DNA of 64,000 nt from Entomortierella parvispora E1425. Its lineage: Eukaryota > Fungi > Mortierellomycota. Where the stretch lies: assembly GCA_020891255.1 (NCBI GenBank), contig BQFW01000017.1, forward strand, positions 31,344 to 95,343. Reading direction: 5' to 3'. Positions 53,481 through 63,139 of the stretch are shown here, piece after piece. The notes below the pieces were generated by a model that was not told the DNA's origin, did no database searches, and saw only the letters and a list, made by a program, of their open reading frames with translations. How positions within the stretch are numbered: position 1 is the stretch's first letter; the number at the start of each line of letters is the position of its first letter. A program made the translations under genes and the position numbers.

Positions 53481-54440
53481 GCACTGCAGTCCCTGCCTGC
53501 TGCTCTTGTGGAATCAGTGTATGATGAGGTGGATTATCTCCGGATCAACCTGTAATGACGACAGGACAGCAGGACGACACGACAGTACTGCAGTGTCTCA
53601 ATGAAAACTTTGGGGTGAAAAGGTGCCCGTGGTATGGATGCATCTGCGCTCAGTGTCACTGTGCGGCGCTGTCCTACGACCTCTTCCTGGGATTCCTCCC
53701 TCTTTGCGCTTATCTTCATCCTCGCACTACCTTTGACAGGCTTCGCCAACGAGAGAAACACGGAAAGGAGGGCGGTGATGACCTTTGCCACACCACAAAA
53801 GCAATTGGGCTGGGTGTCGCCAGATTGGATCAACCGAGGAGAGGGGGAGCTCAAAACTCTCTAGGCAAGCAGCCTTGCAGCAAGAGAATTGGGTCATGAA
53901 CACTTGTAATCAAACCGCCGCATCCGTGGAGAAAACTCGTGAGCCAAAGACTCGCGGAAGAGTGGGAGTGGACAGTTAGCAACGTAAGGCCGAAGCAATT
54001 GAACAAGTAAAAGAGGTCGAGTTGGCTAGTCAAAGTAGTTTCCTGTAGTTAACCTCGTTGTCTGCGATAATGAGTTCTACAACATCATGAATATCGCGCC
54101 AAATCTGTAAAAGACTCATTCAATGAACAAGGGCCGTCGCGAGGCAGCAGTTAAAACGAATCTCCGGTGGACATATAGGAGTGAATCATCATTGTAGATT
54201 CTGTTGGCCCTTTGTGAAAGGTGCTACAAGTGAATGGGGTCCATACCACAGCCCTTGTTTTTTGTCGATAGTTGGGTCTCTCTTTTCATGTCGTTTAATC
54301 AGAAGCTCATTTCAACTTTGAACTACGGCTGATGATCCAATATCATACAAGTTTACAAAAGATCAGAAAGCAGAGCTGTTTGCTACTTCCTGCTCCTGTT
54401 TCTACACGATGATTCATTTGCTGCAATAAGTCAACATTAT

Positions 54441-54824
54441 TTATCGATGAATGGATCCTACGGTGCGGATGAATTGATCAGGAGTCTGTCGGCACTCTGC
54501 TGCCTCGGCTAACAATCGCAGCAGAGAGAAGATGGAGAAATAGTAACCATATTCAGCCGATCGTGGAATAGATAGGATAGGATCTAACGAATCCTTCCTG
54601 TGAACGAATGATCGAAATACATTTGACAACAAAAAAGTTGCTAGCATCACAGCCAAGTCCAATGGTTTGGAGATCATCCCCTTGCAGTTCAAAATCTGTC
54701 CCAACTGGCGACTCATTCTTTTGCTTTCTCGATCAGTAGACTTGAGAACTTGTGGTTGATTTACATTGTCCTCTTCTAGTTTTCGTGGCCTCTTTCTCTG
54801 TTGGAGCACCACTGCCCAAATCAA
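54441..54824 (-). pseudogene. Unknown or decayed subtelomeric ORF fragment
   Basis: A 127-aa ORF with protein-like composition, flanked by stop-ridden sequence. No recognisable motif. Confidence 0.2.
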
Positions 54825-56649
54825 GATCGTTTAATCCAGAGGCAGCCGAGTGCCATAAGCAGGGCAAGGACAGTGAGGAGCGGAAAAATACACGATCCTG
54901 TGCTGCGGTTATCTGCTCTTGCGGGACAGATCAATCTCATTTAGAAGAAAAAGCGGAGGAACTGCCTTTTGCGATTGCCTGCTGAGAAGGCGTCGGAGCG
55001 AGGAAGTTCCACGAGACTCGAAAGAAATAGTTGTTCTTTTGATGTACCTCTCTGTAGAAGCCTTCATCTTTCTTGCCTGGTGAGAGGATAGCCTGCTCAG
55101 TTGTCTTTGTCGTGCGTGCCCTTCTCTACAATCCCTGGATCACTGAGGGAAGCAGCACAGATACATGTCAAATGGTAGGGTGCGATCGATGGCTGAGCGC
55201 GCAGGAAAGGGCTGTGGAGGTAGATTCAGAGCATTCGTTCATGGTCGGATTAATGGAGACCCACTTGTCCTTGACTTGGAGCCCTATTCCCAGTGGCACC
55301 TGTGGAAACCGGACGCGGAATCCAAAAAAAAAAAAAAAAAAATCGCATCTTGACGCGCTTTCCTCTCCGCCAGGGCACAACAAACCGAAAGGACTTGGAG
55401 GAAGAGGTCGCACCATCCACTGTGACAACTCTCGCACCGTGCCTGCATCGAGATGCACATGTCCATCCAAGGTCTAAAGAAGGAGCAATCTTGGAGAAAC
55501 ACTTTGCGGCCGCTGGCACAAAAAAAAAAGTCAGCGACTCTTCACCGTGTTGTCGTTTGTTGTCCGCATCACATGGACTGATCGTTCCTGAACTCTCTTG
55601 CCCTTCTCTTCTCTTTCCTCTTGTCCCGCGACAATTATCCCAAGACCATTGTAGAGGGGGAGAAATGCGCGTTGTAGTTTGTTGCCGTTGGGACTGAACT
55701 AGTCTCTTTCTCTCTCCCTTCCCTCCATCTCTCTTTGTCTCTTACCTTCCTAGGCTTGCCATCTCGTCTCTTCCATGCCTCTCATCTCTTCCATACCTCC
55801 TCTTCCATTTACAACATTCCGTCATGCTGGACAGATGGGTGCTAACCCGACCTTGACTTGTTGGAAACAAATGCCCTTCAGCTCCAGCAGCAGAGGAAAC
55901 TTCAAAAAAAAAGGGACAAATGTCCTCATGTTCTGACAAGTCGATCCAGTCCATTCCCTGCGGCGCGACAACGAAGAGAACTGGAAGAAGATATTATTGC
56001 GCTGCCGACTGTGGCGTCTATCTCCGCATCAGAGTGGACATGTCCATCCAAGGGAGGAGTAATTCTTGGAGGAGCAGTTTACAGCTGCTGGCGAGAAAAA
56101 AAAAACCAAGAACCCTGCCCCCTTTTTGTTTGTTGTCGCATGGACTGACCGTTTCTTTCTCCTTTTTGCTCTCCTCCTCTTTCGGAACTCACTATCTTCC
56201 CTGTTGCTTCTCTCTTCTCTTCTCTCTTGCTCGTCTCTTCTTCCGCCTTATCCTTTCTCTTCTCCCTCTTTCTCTTCTCTTTTCTTCCGTCTTGTTCCTC
56301 TTGTGTCTTCCCTCTCTTCTCATCTTTCTTGCTCCACCGTTTTCTTCCTCTTATTTTCCTTTGACGGTGTTTTCTTTTCTCTTGAACTTGTCAACTGTCC
56401 CTCTCTTCTTCTCTCTCCCTTCTTTCCTTTCTTCTCTTCCCTCTTGATCGTCTTTCGTCTTCTCATCTCTCTTGTTCGTCAGTCTTGACCATTTCTTGTC
56501 TTCACTCTTGCACTTTTTGGTCGCACGACGTGATTTTCGTGCTCGTCCACCCTTCCCTCGGGATGACAGCAGCCCAAAAAAAAAAAAAAGAAGCGGACCC
56601 GCATGGACTGATCGCAAGGGGGTCGTTTGTCTCAGCTGTTGTTGGATCC

Positions 56650-57430
56650 GCTGTCCGTCCCTCTCGCCCCTCTCTTCTTTTCCCTCTCGTCCCTCTCTTC
56701 TTTTCCCTCTCGTCCCTCTCTTCTTTTCCCTCTCGTCCCTCTCTTCTCTGCCTCTTGTTCCTCCTCTTCTCCTCCCGCTTGTCCCTCCTCTCCTTCTCGT
56801 CTCTTGCATTCATCTCGTCCTCTCCTTCTCGTCTCTTACATCCATCTCGTCTCTTACATCCATCTCGTCCCTTGCATCCATCTCGTCCTCCCCATCTTGT
56901 CCCCTGCATCCCTCTCGTCTCTTGCATTCATCACGTCCTCTCCCTCTCGTCCCTTGCATCCATCTCTTCCCTTGCATTCATGTTGTCTCTTGCATTCATC
57001 TTGTCTCTTGCATCGTTCGACCTTCTCGTCTCCTGCATTCCACAATTCTCGCATCCCTCTCTCTTGTCTCCTGCATCCCTCTCTCTTGTGTCCTTTTTTG
57101 CATCCCTTTCCTCTCGTCTCTCTCGTCTCGATTCCTGCGTCCTTCCTTTCTCCTCGACTCTTGCATCCTTACCCTGTCCTCCCGTGTCTTGCATCCGTCT
57201 TTTTTGGATCTTTCTCCTCTCTTGCATCTCTCGTCTCCTGCATCCCTTTTCCTTTTTGTATCTCTCTTGTCTGTTGCATCTCTCTCTTCTGTTGCATCTC
57301 TCTCTTCTGTTGCATCTCTCTTCTCTGTTGCATCCCTTTTCCTTTTTGTGTCTCTCTTCTCTGTTGCATCTCTCTCTCTCTCTCTTCTCTGTTGCATCTC
57401 ATCGCGTGCATCCTTCTCCTCTCATGATTC
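56650..57430. repeat. Pyrimidine-rich degenerate minisatellite field
   Basis: 23-bp TTTCCCTCTCGTCCCTCTCTTCT units (about 3), 18-bp CATCTCGTCTCTTACATC units and CTGTTGCATCTCTCTCTT units. Confidence 0.8.
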
Positions 57431-57480
57431 GAACTCACATCTTGCACCTTTTGCAGCCGCCGTCTCAACCGACCCAATGC

Positions 57481-57920
57481 ATCCAACTCGACTCTTGCAT
57501 CAAACATCAGCGGGTCTTTTGTGCCCCTGTCTTTCTTTTCGCTCTCTTCTCCTCTCTTCTCTTCGTGTTGTCGCAAGCTTAAGCGTTTCCTCTCGCTTTC
57601 TCCTTCCTTTCTCACGCGTTGCTCGCTACTCCTTCCCTTTGTCGTCAACCACAACTTCTTTTACATCTAATCATACAGAGAAAGCTCATTCCACTTACCC
57701 ATGAACCAGACTGGACATGCGACAAACGAGATGCATGTAGGAAATGTGGTCATTAATTCAGGGGCGCGTACTTCTCAGGTAAGTCATCTCTACCATCGAC
57801 TGCTAGATTTCTCTGCCCCTCAGGCAGAGCATGCAGTAGCGAGGATCCAGGGCAAAGTCACCCCAGTCTCGTGTGTTTTGCGCCCACGTCTCTGCCATCT
57901 TGTTCCTACTTTTGTCTACA
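57481..57920. repeat. Subtelomeric duplicated module, copy 2
   Basis: Collinear with 53099-53480. Core at 57635-57682. Confidence 0.85.
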
Positions 57921-58071
57921 TGTAGCGTATACAACTTTTTATAAAAAAAACTACCTGACAAATGCGCGAGCTGATGTTCTACATGCTCGATGAGGAGAGT
58001 AAAAACTGTTTGAGAGAGCTACAAGTTCCTCGCTGAAGTCTCGAGAGAGCTAGCATGTGTACGGTTCACAC

Positions 58072-58182
58072 TGTAACAGGAATACGGTGACATCACGCGA
58101 TGTGTACCTACAAAAGCTAGAAACTTGCAATATAATAAAACTCACTTCTTGTCTCCACTCCACCCTCGATACTCCTATTGCA
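58072..58182 (+). repeat. 5' LTR (111 bp)
   Basis: Base-for-base identical to 63029-63139. Contains TATAATAAAA (TATA-like sequence overlapping AATAAA). Confidence 0.97.
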
Positions 58183-58213
58183 TGGTAGCAAAGGTTTTCG
58201 ATCCACTGACCTC
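58183..58213 (+). promoter_or_regulatory. Primer-binding site complementary to initiator tRNA-Met, with extended T-arm complement
   Basis: TGGTAGCAAAG directly after the LTR, then TTTCGATCCACTGACCTC. Compare the reverse complement of eukaryotic tRNAi-Met, TGGTAGCAGAGGATGGTTTCGATCCATCGACCTC. Confidence 0.85.
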
Positions 58214-58300
58214 ACTGACCCACTGACCCTCCGACACACTCACACCCTGGACCCCCTCGTATCCCTCTTCGATCAACTCTCCCTCGACAATTCACCCAAC

Positions 58301-59221
58301 ATGGACCCCGCGACACCGTCATTCAAATTCCCTCATCCAACACCGTTCAACGGCAAGCGCGACGGATTCTCTGTTCTCGGTTTTCTGAAACGCATGACCT
58401 TTTTCTTCGATGGCGCTGGAATTGCCGAACCTCGCAAGGTCGGGGTTACCCTTGCCTTTGCCGGCGATGAGGTTATCGGCTGGTGGGCACTCTTAAACAA
58501 GCCATCCGACACCTCATTCCCGGATTTCAGCGAGCTCCTTGCCACCGAGTTCAGTCCTGCGAAGTTTAAGGAGCACATTCTCGCCCTCACAATGCAAATG
58601 AAAATGACACTGCCACTGAACATCTCCAACGTCATGGCCTATATTACCAAAGCCCGTGAATACCACCTGCTCCTCCAGTCTTACTACGCCGACAACGCAG
58701 TTCTCAACGATACTATCCGTACTGCCTTTCTCAGTGGTGCACCTACTCAGCTTCGCCAGATGCTGGAAGTGGCCATTGTTAATGCAGGCAACGACACCAT
58801 AGATCTGCCCAGACTCTTTAAGGCCGCGGAGGAGTTCGGTCGTATCTTCCACACTGAAGACCCATCACTCGGTGCCAAAGCACTGGCTGCCTCGGGATCC
58901 TCTGCTGGTATCACCGACCCCAACGCAATGGAAGTGGACAATATTCATATCCAACTCAACAATATCCACAAGCAACTCGGCACCCTTCACCGCTCCTTAC
59001 AGAACCGCCCCACCAACGGTACTAACAACCCTTCTCGAGATCGCCCCGCACCCCTGACCGCCGCCGACCGAGAGTACCTTGTACGTAACGGTGGCTGCTT
59101 CCGCTGCCGCGAATTGGGTCACATCAGTCCCAATTGCCCTAAGTACGGCAACGGCAGCCGAGGAATTAATCAAGTAACCGCGGGTGAATCCCCTGATTCG
59201 GGAAAAGCCTCCGGCAACTAG
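58301..59221 (+). CDS. gag: Retrotransposon Gag
   Basis: PTPFNGKRD..FLKRMTFFF capsid-like region and CCHC knuckle CFRCRELGHISPNC. Ends at TAG 59219-59221. Confidence 0.93.
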   Translation: MDPATPSFKFPHPTPFNGKRDGFSVLGFLKRMTFFFDGAGIAEPRKVGVTLAFAGDEVIGWWALLNKPSDTSFPDFSELLATEFSPAKFKEHILALTMQMKMTLPLNISNVMAYITKAREYHLLLQSYYADNAVLNDTIRTAFLSGAPTQLRQMLEVAIVNAGNDTIDLPRLFKAAEEFGRIFHTEDPSLGAKALAASGSSAGITDPNAMEVDNIHIQLNNIHKQLGTLHRSLQNRPTNGTNNPSRDRPAPLTAADREYLVRNGGCFRCRELGHISPNCPKYGNGSRGINQVTAGESPDSGKASGN

Positions 59222-60079
59222 GGTCGGTCCGGACCCCCAGTTGTCGAAACTGTAGCCAACAACCCTGAGCTAAGTACCTCAAATAAAACTTCACTTGATT
59301 CTACACCTCAGAAACATGACTCCAATCATGACAAGCGAACTCACATCCACGATGCTCTGGTTGTTCTATCGGACCGAAACCAAAACCAAACCAAAAAACC
59401 TGTTGCCTCGCCCGCTCCAGTTGCCCTGTCCGCTCCTCTACCTAGATCCTCCGATACAGATGAACCGGACCCTCTCGCTGTACCGCCGGCACCTAGTGTA
59501 CCTCTGTCCAAAAGTCAGTTGAAGAAGTTGAAGCGTCGTGCGATTCGCCTACACGAATTCACTGTCCAAAAGGCAGAGAGCCAACTGCTCACTTTCATCG
59601 GTTCTGTCAATGGCCACGCTGCCAGAATCCTGATTGATGGTGGTGCAGAAGGTAATATTATCAGTTCGTCTTTTCAAAAGCGACACCAGCTCCTCCGCAC
59701 TGAATGCTTGCCCATCCCCATCCTCCTCCCCAATGGCTCTTCCTCCCTCACATCACACACCGTCCCCATCACCCTCAACCGCAGCGACTACTCCGATTCG
59801 CTCAACCCTATTCTCTATCCTCTCAACAAATACGACCTCATCCTTGGCAAACCCTGGCTCACCAAAGTTAACCCTTGCATCAATTGGCGCACCAACGATC
59901 TTCATTTCACTCACAATGGAATCGATGTCAAATGGAGCTGCCGCGGCTTCAAGGCCGATCACATCCAAAAGCCGCACCAAAGGACTCCTCCTCACACACA
60001 TGCACTTTCATTCCATGGCAACCCTGCCCGGCTCGGAGGTGTTCCTGGCCCTTATTCGCAACACCCCAGAGCCCTCTGA
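59222..60079 (+). CDS. Retroviral-type aspartic protease region, in frame with gag behind the TAG
   Basis: Open from 59222 in the gag frame. GSVNGHAARILIDGGAEGNIISS, YDLILGKPWL and INWRTN motifs. Confidence 0.85.
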   Translation, partial: GRSGPPVVETVANNPELSTSNKTSLDSTPQKHDSNHDKRTHIHDALVVLSDRNQNQTKKPVASPAPVALSAPLPRSSDTDEPDPLAVPPAPSVPLSKSQLKKLKRRAIRLHEFTVQKAESQLLTFIGSVNGHAARILIDGGAEGNIISSSFQKRHQLLRTECLPIPILLPNGSSSLTSHTVPITLNRSDYSDSLNPILYPLNKYDLILGKPWLTKVNPCINWRTNDLHFTHNGIDVKWSCRGFKADHIQKPHQRTPPHTHALSFHGNPARLGGVPGPYSQHPRAL

Positions 60080-60114
60080 AGAAACTGACCAACCGCGTAC
60101 AATTCCCGATATGA

Positions 60115-63018
60115 CCCCCAGAGGTGCGGTCCATTGTCATGGAAGAGTTCGCTGATGTCTTTCCGGAGAAACTCCCGGACGGCCTGCCCCCAGACCGTGG
60201 TGATGCTATGAAGATCGAGACCGACCCGACAGCCGACCCACCCTTCCGCCCTGTCATTAGACTTTCAATCGCCGAGCTTGACGAACTTCGCAAACAACTG
60301 GACCAATTGCTAGCAGCAGGTTTTATCAAACCCAGTACCTCTCCCTATGGCGCCCCCGTGCTCTTTGTGCGGAAGAAGGACGGCACACTCCGAATGTGCG
60401 TCGACTACCGTGGCCTCAACAAGATCACCAGGAAGAACAGACACCCGTTGCCCCGTATCGACGAGCTTCTTGACCGCTTCCGTGGAGCACGCTATTACTC
60501 CAAGTTGGACTTGTTATCCGGTTATCATCAGCAGCGTATCTTTGAACCACACACACACAAGACTGCCTTCCGTTGTCGCTATGGTCACTTTGAGTTCAAT
60601 GTTGTTCCCTTTGGCCTTACTAACGCTCCTGCTTCGTTCTCCAATATGATGTTGCGAGTGCTCGATCCAGTCTTGGACAAATGGGTTGTCGTGTATCTCG
60701 ACGATCTGTTGATCTACTCCAAGACAAAGAAAGAACACCTGCAGCATCTCCGAAGCGTCCTGGCTCTCCTCCGCAAGAACGGTCTGTACGCGAAATTGAG
60801 CAAGTGCTCCTTCATGCAAGACGAAACTGAATTTTTGGGCCACACCATCACGAAGGACGGGATCAAAACATCGGCCGGGCTCAGCAAAGCCATCAGTGAC
60901 TGGCCCACCCCCAAGAGCACAAAGGACGTCCAGCAATTTTTGGGGCTTGCGCAATTTTATCAACAGTACGTATCGGGCTTTGCAGGGATTGCCCTCCCTC
61001 TCTCTTCCCTCCTCGCCAACAACACTCCCTTCAAATGGACCGACGAACAACAATCTGCATTCCTTCAGCTCAAACGCGCCATCTGCTCCGCCCCCGTCCT
61101 CCGCATCTTCGACCCTGATCTCCTCACCTTTGTCGAAACAGATGCATCCGGTTTCGCCATCGGTGCAGTGCTGCTGCAGACTGACCGGGAAGGGAATACC
61201 CATCCCATCGCATTCACTTCCAGGAAAATGCAGTCAGCTGAGCGGAACTACCCTGTCCATGAGCAGGAACTGTTGGCTGTCATCCATGCGCTCCGCACTT
61301 GGCGCTACTACCTCGATGGAACCAAGTTCAGCGTCCACACCGACCACGCCACCCTCCGCCACTTCCCCACACAGCCCAAACTCACTCGTCGACAGGCTCG
61401 CTGGATGGAGTTGCTTCAGGAATACGACTTTGACTTCAAGTACAAGCGAGGAGTTGACAACATCGTCCCAGACGCTCTCTCCCGACGACCGGACTACCGC
61501 GAGCCTGACCCTGTTGAGCTATACAACCTCAGCGTCTCCCTGTCCCCGGACGTCCGTGACCAGCTTGTCCAGGACTACAACGACGATCCTCGACTTGGAC
61601 CCATCTACAAGGATTGCCTGGATGGGAAGGTTGCCAATGGATATTCATTCCAGAACAACCTCCTCTACTTTACCCGACGTGGAGCAACCACCCTGGCCAT
61701 CCCTCGGCACTCCCCGATCCGCCTCACTCTCTTGCACGACGCTCACGACTCTGCCACTGCTGGACACTTTGGTTTTCAAAAGACTTACGACAACCTGCGC
61801 CGTTTCGTATATTGGCCCCACATCGCCAAGGATACCCAGCAGTATGTAGCAACCTGCGAGAAGTGTCAAAGGAACAAGGACTCACAGGATCGACCAGCTG
61901 GACTCTTGCAACCGCTACCCATTCCTTCGCAACGTTGGGAGGTAGTCACCATGGACTTCATCGGCCCTCTTCCGCCCACAGCTAGAAATTTTGACGCCAT
62001 CACAGTGTTTGTCGACAAGCTGACCAAGCAAGCTCACTTCGTCCCCAGTACTACCTCTGCCACAGCCGTCGACGTCGCCCACCAGTTTTTTGACAACATC
62101 TTTAAGCTGCATGGCACACCAACATCCATCATCTCGGACCGCGACACTCGATTCACTAGTAGATTCTGGCAAGAGTTGCACAGGCTAATGGATGTCAAAC
62201 TTGCACTGTCAACCGCCTACCACCCACAGACGGATGGGCAGACAGAGGTTATGAACAAGACGCTGAAGACTATGTTGAGAGCGTTTATTGACAACAAGCA
62301 GTCTAACTGGGACCAGCTCCTTCCGTCACTGGAATTCGCCTATAACAACGCTGTCAATGCATCCACGGGATACTCGCCGTTCTTCCTCAACTCTGGCCAG
62401 CACCCTCGTCTCCCCACCGCTCTCCTCGGTAAACCCAGCAGCTCAGTCCCCACTGTCGATACCTTCCTGACTGAGCAGGCGACCACCCTTGCCCTGGCCC
62501 AGGATGCTCTGCAGCGTGCTCAGGATCATCAGGAGCAACAGGCAAACAAGCGACGACGGGATCACAAGTACAAGGTTGGCGATAAGGTCCTGCTGCGTGC
62601 CACCAATATCACCATCCCTGCCGACAGTATCAGACCAGCCGATAAACTTCGACCTCAATTCCTTGGCCCGTTCACACTTTTGGAGCAACACTCACCTGTC
62701 ACCTTCCGCGTCGAGCTGCCACCATTCTACAAAATCCATGACGTCTTCCACGTTGATACCTTTCGACCCTATTTGCCGTCCCCGGAGTCACTCGGCATTC
62801 GAGCTCCTGCCCCCGTGGATCCCACTGTAATTGACGGCGAAGAGGAGTATGAAGTGGACGAAATTTTAAAGTACCGCTTCTACCGCAGACAACACCAGTT
62901 CCTAGTGTCATTCAAAGGCTACGGCAGAGAAGCTGACGAATGGCTCCCAGTAAGCAACTTGGACAACTGCATGGACTTGGTCACAACCTTCAAAGAGCAG
63001 CACGGTATCATTTTTTAA
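60115..63018 (+). CDS. pol: Pol: reverse transcriptase, RNase H, integrase, chromodomain
   Basis: RMCVDYRGLNK, VPFGLTNAPASF, VVYLDDLLIYS, ETDASGFAIGAVL, integrase HHCC (HDSATAGHFG..CEKC), MDFI, GQTE, GPF motif and chromodomain EEYEVDEIL..FLVSFKGYGREADEWLP. Confidence 0.97.
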   Translation, partial: PPEVRSIVMEEFADVFPEKLPDGLPPDRGDAMKIETDPTADPPFRPVIRLSIAELDELRKQLDQLLAAGFIKPSTSPYGAPVLFVRKKDGTLRMCVDYRGLNKITRKNRHPLPRIDELLDRFRGARYYSKLDLLSGYHQQRIFEPHTHKTAFRCRYGHFEFNVVPFGLTNAPASFSNMMLRVLDPVLDKWVVVYLDDLLIYSKTKKEHLQHLRSVLALLRKNGLYAKLSKCSFMQDETEFLGHTITKDGIKTSAGLSKAISDWPTPKSTKDVQQFLGLAQFYQQYVSGFAGIALPLSSLLANNTPFKWTDEQQSAFLQLKRAICSAPVLRIFDPDLLTFVETDASGFAIGAVLLQTDREGNTHPIAFTSRKMQSAERNYPVHEQELLAVIHALRTWRYYLDGTKFSVHTDHATLRHFPTQPKLTRRQARWMELLQEYDFDFKYKRGVDNIVPDALSRRPDYREPDPVELYNLSVSLSPDVRDQLVQDYNDDPRLGPIYKDCLDGKVANGYSFQNNLLYFTRRGATTLAIPRHSPIRLTLLHDAHDSATAGHFGFQKTYDNLRRFVYWPHIAKDTQQYVATCEKCQRNKDSQDRPAGLLQPLPIPSQRWEVVTMDFIGPLPPTARNFDAITVFVDKLTKQAHFVPSTTSATAVDVAHQFFDNIFKLHGTPTSIISDRDTRFTSRFWQELHRLMDVKLALSTAYHPQTDGQTEVMNKTLKTMLRAFIDNKQSNWDQLLPSLEFAYNNAVNASTGYSPFFLNSGQHPRLPTALLGKPSSSVPTVDTFLTEQATTLALAQDALQRAQDHQEQQANKRRRDHKYKVGDKVLLRATNITIPADSIRPADKLRPQFLGPFTLLEQHSPVTFRVELPPFYKIHDVFHVDTFRPYLPSPESLGIRAPAPVDPTVIDGEEEYEVDEILKYRFYRRQHQFLVSFKGYGREADEWLPVSNLDNCMDLVTTFKEQHGIIF

Positions 63019-63028
63019 AAGGGGAAGG
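63017..63028 (+). promoter_or_regulatory. Polypurine tract
   Basis: AAAAGGGGAAGG immediately before the 3' LTR. Confidence 0.9.
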
Positions 63029-63139
63029 TGTAACAGGAATACGGTGACATCACGCGATGTGTACCTACAAAAGCTAGAAACTTGCAATATAATAAAACTC
63101 ACTTCTTGTCTCCACTCCACCCTCGATACTCCTATTGCA
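63029..63139 (+). repeat. 3' LTR (111 bp)
   Basis: Identical to the 5' LTR and followed by the TSD CACAC. Confidence 0.97.

Larger units (their letters stand above)
58072..63139 (+). mobile_element. Full-length Ty3/Gypsy chromovirus LTR retrotransposon (5,068 bp)
   Basis: Identical 111-bp LTRs (TG..CA), 5-bp target-site duplication CACAC (58067-58071 and 63140-63144), PBS, PPT, and gag/PR/RT/RNaseH/IN/chromodomain order. Confidence 0.98.

Noticed and set aside
56472-57704. 410-aa and 365-aa Leu/Ser-rich ORFs
   Set aside because: They arise from stop-poor CT-rich minisatellite sequence and show no protein-like signal.
59200-59268. Simple -1 frameshift as the sole gag-pol mechanism in the sequence as given
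   Set aside because: The -1 frame hits TGA at 59266-59268, so it only works if a 1-nt insertion is assumed. It is kept as model B in the findings.
60039-60121. 83-nt intron that would fuse protease and RT frames
   Set aside because: The phase works and the acceptor is fair, but the donor GTGTTC is poor and splicing would discard the linker-like EVFLALIR peptide.
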